This document shows, piece by piece, positions 1 through 9,240 of a stretch of 64,000 nucleotides of DNA (positions are counted from its first letter, which is position 1; every line of letters begins with the position of its first letter). The stretch spans positions 3,616,001-3,680,000 of the forward strand of contig OZ244252.1 in the NCBI GenBank assembly GCA_965217185.1. Reading direction: 5' to 3'. The position numbers were made by a program, and so were the translations under genes. The notes below the pieces were generated by a model, which saw only the letters and a list, made by a program, of their open reading frames with translations, was not told where the DNA came from and searched no databases. The DNA is from an uncultured Candidatus Entotheonella sp. (GTDB lineage Bacteria; Tectomicrobia; Entotheonellia; Entotheonellales; Entotheonellaceae).

Positions 1-104
1 TGGCTGTCGATGAGCTTGTCGAATGCCGACTGCAGGAACGCAATCGCAAAGAATGCCGTCACCGCCAGTTGTCCGAACCACAAGGGTTCTATGAACCGAT
101 CCAC
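1..104 (-). CDS. DoxX-like membrane protein, N-terminal part (runs off the window edge)
   Basis: GTG at 104 with GGGAAGGGAG upstream; reads MDRFIEPLWFGQLAVTAFFAIAFLQSAFDKLIDS (hydrophobic helix then an FLQSxxDKL motif). Not in the ORF track. Confidence 0.5.
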   Translation of the reverse strand, partial: MDRFIEPLWFGQLAVTAFFAIAFLQSAFDKLIDS

Positions 105-164
105 GTTTACTCCCTTCCCGTTTACTCGCCCGGCACATTTTCCACCGGGGCAAATGCCCCGGTC

Positions 165-244
165 GTCATTCCGGCGGAAGCCGGAATCCAGCGACCCTTG
201 GACGTCCTCAAAAACCCCTGGACCCCGGCCTGCGCCGGGGTGAC
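165..244. repeat. REP/RPE-like double-hairpin palindromic element, copy 1
   Basis: GTCATTCCGGCGGAAGCCGGAATCCAG ... CTGGACCCCGGCCTGCGCCGGGGTGAC; related copy at 22500-22570. Confidence 0.75.
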
Positions 245-308
245 AGGAGGGATTCCTTGGCGTTTCTCTTTTACGGCAACCAGAGCGGAAACTGCCTGCG
301 CCGTTATC

Positions 309-1253
309 TCACACCGACACGCCGGGCCGTACGTCGCTGGCAAAGCGGTCCATGACACGCTGCATTTCGGCAATGTCCGACGTCATGATGTCGAACACCA
401 TGTGGCTGACGCCGCAATCGGCGTACCGCGCGATGTCGTCCTGGATGGCGGCGGGGCTGCCGGTGAGTGGCCGGCGGTCGGACCCGGTGTCGTCGGCAAA
501 GACGATGGGGCCGCGGAACGAAATGGTCACGTCCTGCGGATTGCGGCCCGCCCGGCTGGCTTCATCGCGCAGCCGTGCCACCGCGGTCTTCATTTCGTCG
601 GGCGTCAGGTTGGCGGGCGGGCGCAGGCCGATGGGGTGCCAGCCGTCGCCCAAGCGGGCGGCGCGGCGGATGGCCGGGCCGGTGTGGCCGCCGATCCAGA
701 TGGGCGGGTGCGGGCGGCGCACCGGGCGCGGCGCGAAGCCGATGTTGTCGAAGCGCACGTGCTCGCCGTTGAAGCTGGGGGCGTCGTCGGTCCACAGGGT
801 GCGGAAAACGCGGATGTATTCGTCGCTGACGGCGCCGCGCTGCCGGAAGGTGTCCAGGCCGAGCGCCACGAATTCCTCCTCCATCCAGCCCACGCCGACG
901 CCGAGGATGACCCGACCGCCCGACAGGGTGTCGAGGGTGGAGACGATCTTGGCGGTCAGTAGCGCGTTGCGGTAAGGCAGGATGAGCACGCTGGTGCCGA
1001 GTTGCACACGCGTCGTGCACGCCGCCAGGTAGGTCAGGGTGGTCAGCGGCTCATAGTAATCCTGCTCCGGCGCGGCGGGAAAGGCGCCGTTCGGGTCGTA
1101 CGGGTAGAACGACTCGATCTGCTGCGGCACGATGATGTGATCGCTCACCCAGATCGAGTCCAGCCCTACCGTCTCGGCATGCTGCGCGAGCAGCCGCAAG
1201 TTGTCCGTCGTGGTCGTCGCTCCCCGGCTGGGAAGGCTTAACCCAAACTCCAT
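309..1253 (-). CDS. LLM-class (luciferase-like) probable F420-dependent oxidoreductase
   Basis: WVSDHII, LGTSVLILPYRN, GRVILGVGVGW, PPIWIGG motifs; ATG at 1253 with GAGGGAGA RBS. Confidence 0.9.
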   Translation of the reverse strand: MEFGLSLPSRGATTTTDNLRLLAQHAETVGLDSIWVSDHIIVPQQIESFYPYDPNGAFPAAPEQDYYEPLTTLTYLAACTTRVQLGTSVLILPYRNALLTAKIVSTLDTLSGGRVILGVGVGWMEEEFVALGLDTFRQRGAVSDEYIRVFRTLWTDDAPSFNGEHVRFDNIGFAPRPVRRPHPPIWIGGHTGPAIRRAARLGDGWHPIGLRPPANLTPDEMKTAVARLRDEASRAGRNPQDVTISFRGPIVFADDTGSDRRPLTGSPAAIQDDIARYADCGVSHMVFDIMTSDIAEMQRVMDRFASDVRPGVSV

Positions 1254-1409
1254 TTGTGAATCTCCCTCGTGTTCGGTTGCATGCGGCACACATTGTTGGT
1301 GCGATTCCGACCGGTATCCGCAATCGCATGAACCGGCGGAAACTCTCGTGGTTATTAAGCCTTACGGTTTCTCCCATCCAACTACACTGTGCGGTCCTCT
1401 TACTCGTCA

Positions 1410-2267
1410 TCACGCGCTATTGTTCTTGAGCGGCCCATCTCCAATTACACCAGTACGTACAGTTACATCATCGCTTTGAACCACTGGGGTACTTATGGTC
1501 TGGCCAACACGCTCCACCGGTACAAGGACTGCGAAGGTTTTGGTTTTGCCGACCCGCCTTGCAACCGATGCTGCGTTGCTTAATACATGGCGTGGTATCT
1601 CTCCTTCCTCGCTTTCAGCCATGGAGAACGCCTTAGCCGCTCCCGTCACTCCAATCGTGTGACATCCTCCAATAAGCACAACATTTCTCTTGGGATTATG
1701 TGGATTGACGATTCGCTCGAAGTATCCATAATCCTGGGTCTCGGTAGTAAAGCAATATTCCTTGTCATTCAATTTGTCGTATAGGACGATCTCTTCGGGA
1801 TGCCGATCAGATTGAGTGGCCACATACGGACTCCGGTAATCGAATTGTGTGCCATGATCTAATAATTGTTTTGTCAAGGCGTTGTAGTCGGGACCACCTA
1901 TCAGAATGAGATGCTTCGCGAGATCCATTCGCGTTGTAGTTGCCTCACCCGCCGACATAATACGGAGCTTGATAGCCGGATAGAGCCTAAGGAGTGTGGT
2001 GACTACCTCAAAATATGCGTCCACATCGCCATACTTGAGACTGTAAATGAACTCGCGCGGTGGTTCTACAAGCTGCCTCTCCTCTGGGTCCTCAAGCTCA
2101 GAGCACACCACAATTACGGAATCGCCGTTCTTGATTCCCCAAACTTTTCGGAGATGACGAGTTCTCCAGAGGCGAAAAAGCCTTTTCGTGGATAGTAGTG
2201 CACCCCATAGCGTTATGATCGTCGCATAGATATTTACCCAATCCGTAATGAATTCGAAAATTGACAT
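1410..2267 (-). CDS. Hypothetical membrane-anchored protein (N-terminal TM helix plus HLILIGGPDYN / NPHNP domain)
   Basis: 285-aa ORF, last gene of the lower-GC operon; hydrophobic N-terminus followed by a basic patch. Confidence 0.75.
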   Translation of the reverse strand: MSIFEFITDWVNIYATIITLWGALLSTKRLFRLWRTRHLRKVWGIKNGDSVIVVCSELEDPEERQLVEPPREFIYSLKYGDVDAYFEVVTTLLRLYPAIKLRIMSAGEATTTRMDLAKHLILIGGPDYNALTKQLLDHGTQFDYRSPYVATQSDRHPEEIVLYDKLNDKEYCFTTETQDYGYFERIVNPHNPKRNVVLIGGCHTIGVTGAAKAFSMAESEEGEIPRHVLSNAASVARRVGKTKTFAVLVPVERVGQTISTPVVQSDDVTVRTGVIGDGPLKNNSA

Positions 2268-2295
2268 TATCGGCCTTTGCCTACTGAGTTCCCCG

Positions 2296-3115
2296 TCATT
2301 TGAAGAAGGGGGAGCGCCGGAGGTCTCCTGGCCACTCCGAGTATGGAATTATCTTATTCGTACCATGTGCGATGTTCTGTGGCGGTACATCCTTGGTTAC
2401 TGTGGCGCCTGCACAGATATAGGCACCCGCTCCGACCTTGATCTCCCCGACAACAATTGCGTCGAAACCGATAAATACGTCCTCTTCAATGACAGCAGAG
2501 CCTTCCTCTGCCTCGGGAGCATCCCACGCGATTTTCGGGTTGTGCTGTGAATGTACAATCTTACCGAACACACGAGATCTGTCCCCTACGACCACCCGCT
2601 CTGCTACGAAGCCGCCAATTACACATTCGCGACCAATGCGTGCCTCATTGCAGATCTGCGCCCGGTAGATTACGAGGGCGTTGCTGCCAAGGGTTACCTC
2701 GCATTCGATGATACTGAAGTCGTCGATAATCGCCTTTTCGTCAATTACGCTCCCTGAACCAACGATGGAGTAGTATCCAACATAGACTCCCGGCCCAATG
2801 ATTGTTGTGTCTGGCGGATCTTCCCCACTAAACCCAATCAGCGGACGAAACGGTTTGCCGATAACAGCGCCAGAGCAAATCTGTGCACTTGGATGAATAT
2901 GGCAAATTCCACTACTAGTGCGTCAATCTTTGATCACGGGATAGAGATGATGCAACTTGACCCGTTTCGTCAATTCGGTCCGTTCTTCTTCACTCAAACG
3001 GACCACATAGAGCTTCTTCACAATCATCCCTCCCAGCTTATGGCCAGCAGCTTACTGGGAGGCAACTTATCATGCCTGTGCATTACGTTGAACAGCTACT
3101 ACTGGTAAATGTCAC
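2296..3115 (-). pseudogene. Hexapeptide-repeat (left-handed beta-helix) acyltransferase interrupted after codon 5 by a mini-IS
   Basis: Removing 187 bp (element plus one TA) restores GTG ACA TTT ACC AGT AGT GGA ATT TGC CAT ATT CAT CCA..., a 210-aa ORF with IHPSAQI, IGPGVYVG, VGAGAYICAGATVTKDVPP. Confidence 0.85.
2915..3099 (-). mobile_element. 185-bp internally deleted IS630-family derivative (MITE-like)
   Basis: TA on both sides (2913-2914, 3100-3101), imperfect terminal IRs, mini-ORF 3027-2923 MIVKKLYVVRLSEEERTELTKRVKLHHLYPVIKD resembling fused N- and C-termini of an IS630 transposase. Confidence 0.8.
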
Positions 3116-3120
3116 TCGGT

Positions 3121-3933
3121 TCAACCTCTTATGTAGTTCATGAACTGACGATAGATATTCCTTTTGTTCGCGATTGACTTTGGGTCAAGTCCCTCATCGT
3201 CTCCTAGTATCATGTAGCCATGGTCGATGCCGTCCATGGTGACCAACCTCACCTGTTTAAGGTCACGGCAGGCCTCAACAGTCGCGTCATAGGGCACCAT
3301 TGAGTCGCAGTTGCCGTGGAAAACCAAGACCGGTTGGTGTAGTTCACGTAGTGCGACGTCAGGCCGGACTATGCGCATTTCCTCAACTAGGTGTCGAGCG
3401 ATACAAAACTCTGTATCCAACTGGAGTCGCCCAGTGCGCTCCATTATCTCCATTTGTTCCTCCGCAAATAGTTCGCTCGCCCACTCCGTCTCTGGCTTGA
3501 GGAAGGTTCGTTGATAGGAGAGAACAGGGGATATAAGACATACAGTCTGGATCATATCGGGATGCCTTGCTGCTGCGAACACGGCGGGTGGCGCCCCGAG
3601 GCTAGCGCCAATTAGGTGGAGGCGCAAAGGCGATGATCCGTTTGTGTCCCGAGCGAATTGGATGACCGCCTCCGCATCTAGATTCTGGCCGACGACCGAG
3701 AAATCCAATGAGCTTCCATCGCTGTCGCCATGGCCCCGAAAGTCGAAGCGAATAGAGGGGTATCCCTCGCGGGCAAGGGCGTTAGCACCGTCACGAAAAA
3801 AGCCTAAATACTCATCTTTGTCCACTGAGATGCCGTGCATCCAAATTATCATGTCACTACGCTCACCCCGTGTCATGATCGCATCGAGCTCATAACCGTC
3901 TGCTGTTCGTATTCGAGTTTTCTGGTCCATCAT
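3121..3933 (-). CDS. Alpha/beta-fold hydrolase (esterase/deacylase-like)
   Basis: FDFRGHGDSDG, GASLG nucleophile elbow, HGNCDSMV, DH; ATGA overlap with the upstream gene. Confidence 0.9.
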   Translation of the reverse strand: MMDQKTRIRTADGYELDAIMTRGERSDMIIWMHGISVDKDEYLGFFRDGANALAREGYPSIRFDFRGHGDSDGSSLDFSVVGQNLDAEAVIQFARDTNGSSPLRLHLIGASLGAPPAVFAAARHPDMIQTVCLISPVLSYQRTFLKPETEWASELFAEEQMEIMERTGRLQLDTEFCIARHLVEEMRIVRPDVALRELHQPVLVFHGNCDSMVPYDATVEACRDLKQVRLVTMDGIDHGYMILGDDEGLDPKSIANKRNIYRQFMNYIRG

Positions 3934-4994
3934 TTAAGCTCCTGCAGTGTTTGGTTCCATTGTTTCCGGTCTAACTCCCAATCACTCATGAATCGGACAC
4001 AGTCTGTCTCGCTTATTTCCGCACATTTCGTCCGAGCGGCTTCGACAGTTGCTCGATGCCGACTGTCAGAAGCGCGGTTCGCCAACCACGTCAGCCAGCC
4101 GCTCCGAAGGTTCAGGAGTTCTTGCCATATTCTGGGGTTGAATCTCTCAGGATAGCGATTGCAGGCCACCAAGGCGAAGAGACTATCCGCAACGATCTCT
4201 CCAAACTCCTGAAACAAAGCTACGGAAGGTTTGGCGAATGGGTCATATGCCTTCTGGCAAACGCAACCAAGGGAGCAAGCACGTCCCTGGGCCATATGCG
4301 GAACCATGAAAAGCCAATCCTCATTGTAGATAGGAGGGAAAAATCCAACATCATCATCAGTTCGGACAAAGAGACAACTACCGCTCAGAAACGTAGAGAC
4401 TGGCTCGCCCAGCTCGATTTCAACATGGCCAATTGCCGATGTGTCAGGAAAATCTTCAACGAAGAAACCAGACACAACAAAATCCTGGAGCGCGTTCGCA
4501 CCGGTTACGAGAGCGGTGGATTGAAGACCTCGTATGTCGTCATCCAACAGCAGTATGCGATTTAGGCGATGTTTGCGTGCATACCAAAGGGCGTAGTTGC
4601 GTTTTGCAGGGAGGTCCCATCCGGCAAAATATGAAACGCACAGTCTGTTGGAAGAGCAACGCAGACCACTCAGTATAGCCATGAAATCGGGATCATCCAT
4701 GAAAAGGGCTTCCACATGCCGCTGGCCTATTTCGACCAAATCAAGGTCAAGACTTGACGTAGGAAGCAGAAAGATCGAAGTCCCGCTTTCGGGGAGATTT
4801 TTGAGCAATTCTGACACGTATTCCGGGCGGCCTCGGAAGGGGATGAAAATGGCGTCAAGGGAAGGAGAGGGTTCGTCGGGAGGCAGTCGATAGGACCTGG
4901 AATTATCCGGGACCAACGACCTCGGATTAAAGTCGAAAGAAATGGGAAGACTCACTCTATCAAGAGCCCCTGTCAGTTTTGTATTCGTCCCCAA
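3930..4994 (-). CDS. Uncharacterised GT-A-fold (glycosyltransferase-like) protein
   Basis: KRNYAL...ILLLDDD (DxD), FLSGSCL, FFPPIYNEDW motifs; TTG start with AGGA upstream. Confidence 0.75.
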   Translation of the reverse strand: MGTNTKLTGALDRVSLPISFDFNPRSLVPDNSRSYRLPPDEPSPSLDAIFIPFRGRPEYVSELLKNLPESGTSIFLLPTSSLDLDLVEIGQRHVEALFMDDPDFMAILSGLRCSSNRLCVSYFAGWDLPAKRNYALWYARKHRLNRILLLDDDIRGLQSTALVTGANALQDFVVSGFFVEDFPDTSAIGHVEIELGEPVSTFLSGSCLFVRTDDDVGFFPPIYNEDWLFMVPHMAQGRACSLGCVCQKAYDPFAKPSVALFQEFGEIVADSLFALVACNRYPERFNPRIWQELLNLRSGWLTWLANRASDSRHRATVEAARTKCAEISETDCVRFMSDWELDRKQWNQTLQELK

Positions 4995-5149
4995 CTCAGG
5001 TCCTGGCCCACGTTCCTGTTAGCCCGCCCGCGGCTGGCTTCGCCGGGCCGCTTTGTAGCATGACATGCCGTCCTGGGGCAACATGGGCGCCGCCTTGTTG
5101 CCCCCCATAATCTTCGTTACACTGCCCGCACCCCATATCGGCAAGCAAC

Positions 5150-5179
5150 GTAGGTCGGATTAGCGCAGCGTAATCCGGC
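5150..5179. repeat. GTAG-type REP-like palindrome
   Basis: GTAG followed by GTCGGATTA-GCGCAGCG-TAATCCGGC hairpin; single copy in this window. Confidence 0.55.
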
Positions 5180-5213
5180 TTCCTCAGCGCCCCTTTCGAG
5201 AGGAACGAAACCC

Positions 5214-6623
5214 ATGGACATCAACGCCGCCATTGCGGATCTGGAAGCCATCGTCGGCCCGCAGCACGTCCTCGCGTCGCGCGCCGAACGCGCCGTGTAC
5301 GGCTACGACGCCTCGGTGTTTCGCGGCACCGAGCTGCTGGCGGTGGTGCTGCCGACGACAGCCGAGCAGATCTCGCGCCTCGTCGTGTGGTGCCGGGACC
5401 ACGGCGTGCCGTACGTAGCGCGCGGCACCGGCACCGGCATCAGCGGCGGCGCCATCCCCACCCATGGCGGCGTGGTCATCGAATTGGCGCTCATGAACCA
5501 GGTGCTGGAGGTCGATCTGGCCAACCGTCTGGCCGTCGTGCAGCCCGGCGTGGTTAACCAGGACCTCAAGCGGCGCGTGCAGGAGCACGGCTACGCCTAC
5601 ACCTACGTGCCCGACCCCGGCAGCCAGGTGGTCTCGACCATCGGCGGCAACGTGGCTACCAACGCCGGCGGTATGCACTGCCTGAAGTACGGCATCACCG
5701 GCAACCACATCCTCGGGCTGGAGATGGTGCTGCCCGACGGCGACGTCGTGACCGTAGGCGGCAAGGCGGTGGATCAGCCGGGCGCCGATCTGACCGGGCT
5801 GCTGGTCGGCTCGGAAGGCACCCTCGGGATCGTGACCAAGATCATCGTGCGCCTGCTGCAAATGCCCGAGGCGGTCACCACCCACCTGGCGCTGTTCAAA
5901 ACCGTGGACGACGCGGCCAACACGGTCTCCGGCATCATCAGCTCCGGGCTGCTGCCGGCCGCCATGGAGTTGCTGGACAAGTCGATCATGCAGGCCGTGG
6001 ACAAGGCGGTGCACATCGGTTTCCCGGCAGAGGCCGGCGCGGCACTGATCATCGAACTGGACGGCTTCAGCGACGACATGGCCCGCAACGCCGACCGGGT
6101 GACGGAAGTCTGCAAGACGCACGACGTCATTTCCATTGAAACCGAGGAGGGCATCGAGGCGGGCCAGCGGCTGTGGCTGTGCCGCCGAGCGGCCTTCGGC
6201 GCCATGGCGCGGCTCGATACGGACGTCTACATCGTCGACGGCTGCGTGCCGCGCACCCAATTGCCCGAGGCGCTGCGGCGCGTGACGGCCATCGCCGAGC
6301 GCTACGATCTGCTGATCGTCAACGTGGCGCACGCCGGCGACGGCAACCTGCACCCGTCGATTCCCTTCAGCAAGCGCCGCGCCGGCGACATCGAACGGGT
6401 GCTGGAGGCCGGGCGCGAAATCCTGGAGGCATGCGTCGAACTCGGCGGCAGCATCACCGGCGAGCACGGCGTCGGCATGGAAAAGCAGAACGAAATGACC
6501 CTGATGTTCACCCCCGCCGAGCTGCAGGTCATGCGGCGCATCAAGCTCGTCCACGACCCCGACGACCTGTGCAATCCCAAGAAAATCTTCCCGCTTAGCA
6601 TGCTGGCCGAGACCGCCTCATGA
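5214..6623 (+). CDS. glcD: FAD-linked oxidase, glycolate oxidase GlcD-like subunit
   Basis: RGTGTGISGG, PDPGSQ, TIGGNVATNAGG, HAGDGNLHP, GEHGVG. Confidence 0.88.
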   Translation: MDINAAIADLEAIVGPQHVLASRAERAVYGYDASVFRGTELLAVVLPTTAEQISRLVVWCRDHGVPYVARGTGTGISGGAIPTHGGVVIELALMNQVLEVDLANRLAVVQPGVVNQDLKRRVQEHGYAYTYVPDPGSQVVSTIGGNVATNAGGMHCLKYGITGNHILGLEMVLPDGDVVTVGGKAVDQPGADLTGLLVGSEGTLGIVTKIIVRLLQMPEAVTTHLALFKTVDDAANTVSGIISSGLLPAAMELLDKSIMQAVDKAVHIGFPAEAGAALIIELDGFSDDMARNADRVTEVCKTHDVISIETEEGIEAGQRLWLCRRAAFGAMARLDTDVYIVDGCVPRTQLPEALRRVTAIAERYDLLIVNVAHAGDGNLHPSIPFSKRRAGDIERVLEAGREILEACVELGGSITGEHGVGMEKQNEMTLMFTPAELQVMRRIKLVHDPDDLCNPKKIFPLSMLAETAS

Positions 6624-7969
6624 CGCCCTCCCCGACGGCCCTGCACAATCGTTTGACGGCCCTGCTTGGCGCCGAGAACGCCTGGATGGACGAGCCGGCA
6701 ACCGCCGGCTACGCCGTGGCGTCGCGGCGTCCGGCGGTCGTGGCGGCGCCGTGTACGGCCGAGCAGGTCGCCGCGGTTCTGGAACTCGCATCGCGCGAAA
6801 AGCTGGGCGTGGTGCCGTGGGGACGCGGCACGCAGATGCACCTGGGACCGCCGCCGGCTGAATACGACGTGGCGCTGTCGCTGCAGCACCTGGCCCGCGT
6901 GCTGGAGTACGACAGCGCCAATCTGACGCTGATCGCCGAGGCCGGGTTGGCGCTGCGTGAGGTGTATCGGCTGACCATCCCGGGGCGTCAATTCCTGCCG
7001 CTGGGCTATCCGGGCAGCGAGGCCAGCCTGGGCGGCCTGCTGGTGACCAATACCAGCGGCATCAAGCGCTTGCGCTACGGCGGCATGCGGGATCTGCTGC
7101 TGGGCATCCGGGTGGCGCTGCCGGAGGGAGAGTTACTGCGCTACGGCGGGCGGGTGGTGAAAAATGTCGCCGGCTACGACATGTGCAAGCTGTACATTGG
7201 CTCGCTGGGCGCATTCGGCGTGGTGACGGAAGTGACGTTTCGCCTGGCGATGCTGCCGGAGGAGGAACGCCTGCTGGTTGCCGCGTTTCCGACCCTGGCG
7301 CAGGGCATGACCGCGGCAACTGCGGTGCGCACCGCGGCGCTGTTGCCATCCACCGTCGCGCTGGTTTCGTCGGCGGGGTGGGCGGATTCCTTGCCGATTG
7401 GTTTGCAACCGGGGCAGGTGGCGTTGCTGGCGCACGTGGACGGCTCGCACGAATCGGTGCAGCGTCAGATTGCCGAGGGCGAGGCAATTTGTACGTCGCA
7501 TGGAGCCGTGGAAGCCGCCACCCTGAGCGGCGAGGCGTTGCTGACGACGTGGGAGCGGCAGGAAGTGTGGCGAACGTCTTCGCCCGATCCGTCGTTGTTG
7601 CAGGTGCGCGTCGGGGTGCCGCCGTCCAGCGTGGAAACGGCGCTCGGTCTGCTGGACGAGGTACCGAGGTTCTGCCGGGAGCCTGTCATGTGGCTGGCGG
7701 ACGCCGGTATCGGCTCGGTGACCGCCCGGCTGCCGCTCGATGCGCAGGCGGACGATCTGGCAGCGCAGGTGCAAGCGTGGCTGGGCGGGATTCGGGCACG
7801 GCTTGATGAGCAACAGGGCTTTGCCGTGGTGGAATCGGCGCCGGAAGTCTTGATTACCCAGCTCGACGTATGGGGCACGCCGCCCGGCGCCGGCCTTCTG
7901 AAGCGATACAAGAGCCGATTCGATCCGCAGGGCGTGCTGAATCGCGGGCGCTACGTGGGCGGGTTGTGA
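6620..7969 (+). CDS. glcE: FAD-binding oxidoreductase, GlcE-like
   Basis: GGRVVKNVAGYD, FDPQGVLN; ATGA overlap with the glcD-like gene. Confidence 0.8.
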   Translation: MTPSPTALHNRLTALLGAENAWMDEPATAGYAVASRRPAVVAAPCTAEQVAAVLELASREKLGVVPWGRGTQMHLGPPPAEYDVALSLQHLARVLEYDSANLTLIAEAGLALREVYRLTIPGRQFLPLGYPGSEASLGGLLVTNTSGIKRLRYGGMRDLLLGIRVALPEGELLRYGGRVVKNVAGYDMCKLYIGSLGAFGVVTEVTFRLAMLPEEERLLVAAFPTLAQGMTAATAVRTAALLPSTVALVSSAGWADSLPIGLQPGQVALLAHVDGSHESVQRQIAEGEAICTSHGAVEAATLSGEALLTTWERQEVWRTSSPDPSLLQVRVGVPPSSVETALGLLDEVPRFCREPVMWLADAGIGSVTARLPLDAQADDLAAQVQAWLGGIRARLDEQQGFAVVESAPEVLITQLDVWGTPPGAGLLKRYKSRFDPQGVLNRGRYVGGL

Positions 7970-7979
7970 GGTGCCGTCG

Positions 7980-9137
7980 TCACCAGAGGCGGTCGGACGC
8001 CAGCTTGGCGCCCTCGCTCAGGGTGCGGAGCTTGGCCCACACCACCAGGGGCGCGACGTTCTCCGAACCGGCAAACGTTCCGAAGCCGCAATCGGTCGAG
8101 GCGATCACGCGGCTGCGGTCTCCCGCCACTTCCACGGCCTGCACGATGCGGTTGGCCACCACTTCCGGATGCTCCACGTAATTGACCGTTGAATCGATAA
8201 CCCCCGGCAGCAGCAGCATGCCGTCCGGCAGCGGGTGCTGCCTGAAGACACGGCTTTCGTGCTGGTGCCGCGGGTTGGCGAGCTCGATGGACAAGGCGCC
8301 GACGCGCGCGCCGTACAGCAGCGGCAGGATGTCTTCCAGCGCCACGTCGTGGACGTGCGGTCCGTCGTAGTTGCCCCAGCAGACGTGCAGGCGGATGCGC
8401 TCGGGCGGGATGTTGCGTATCGCTTGGTTGATGGCTTCGACATGCAGCTCGACCATTTCCTGGAAGCGCCGTAGGGATTCGTCCTGGAAAAAGTACGTCC
8501 GCTCCATGGCCAGATCGGGGCAGTCGATCTGCAGGATCAGCCCCTTGGCGTGGATCAGCTCGTACTCCTTGCGCATCTGCTCGGCGAGGGCGAGGACATA
8601 GCGCTCGTGCGACTCGTAGTGGGCGTTCAGCAGCGTGGTGGCGATGATGCCGGGCGAGGCCGCGGTCATGAAGTGTTCGGTGAAGGGGCGCGGCGCTTGC
8701 TCTGTGCTGCGCAGAAAGACGGCGCACTCGTTTTCCGCGGCGCTCAGGTCGGTATAGTGCACCTCGGCAAGCGCCTGCGGGGCGTTGAAAATCTTGGCGG
8801 CGCTGCGGCGGCGGGCCTTGATGATGGCTGCGTAGTCGGGGAAGTCCTGCCAATCCTGCGGCTGCGGCCGGGCGCTCTCGCCGCCGAAGCCCTGCATGCG
8901 CTGCGCCACGTAGGTCTGGAAGCCCACGCGCGGCTGCTCGCCGTCGTTGCCGATGTCGATGCCCGCTTCCAACTGGCGGCGCACCACCTCATCGACCGCC
9001 GCTTCGACCTGCCGTTGCATGTCGTCCTCGTCGATGGCCTCGCCGCGTTCCTGCCGGATCAACAGGTCGGCCAGCGGCCTGGGCCGCGGCAGGCTGCCGA
9101 CGTGAGTTGTCAGAATCCGTTGTTCGCTGGTTTGCAT
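7980..9137 (-). CDS. Cobalamin-independent methionine synthase II family protein (single barrel)
   Basis: TTHVGSLPRP, HVCWGNY, DCGF zinc ligands. Confidence 0.88.
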   Translation of the reverse strand: MQTSEQRILTTHVGSLPRPRPLADLLIRQERGEAIDEDDMQRQVEAAVDEVVRRQLEAGIDIGNDGEQPRVGFQTYVAQRMQGFGGESARPQPQDWQDFPDYAAIIKARRRSAAKIFNAPQALAEVHYTDLSAAENECAVFLRSTEQAPRPFTEHFMTAASPGIIATTLLNAHYESHERYVLALAEQMRKEYELIHAKGLILQIDCPDLAMERTYFFQDESLRRFQEMVELHVEAINQAIRNIPPERIRLHVCWGNYDGPHVHDVALEDILPLLYGARVGALSIELANPRHQHESRVFRQHPLPDGMLLLPGVIDSTVNYVEHPEVVANRIVQAVEVAGDRSRVIASTDCGFGTFAGSENVAPLVVWAKLRTLSEGAKLASDRLW

Positions 9138-9240
9138 GCGTTAGCTCCTGCGTGACGGCCCCTGCGTTCACGAAGTGCGGGGCGGATGGTTGTATAATCG
9201 GGGTTTGCACAATAACACTGTTGATTTGGAGGATCCCAGC

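Noticed and set aside
5015..5060. attC-like core GTTAGCC at the island boundary
   Set aside because: No matching inverse core at a plausible distance and no integron integrase.
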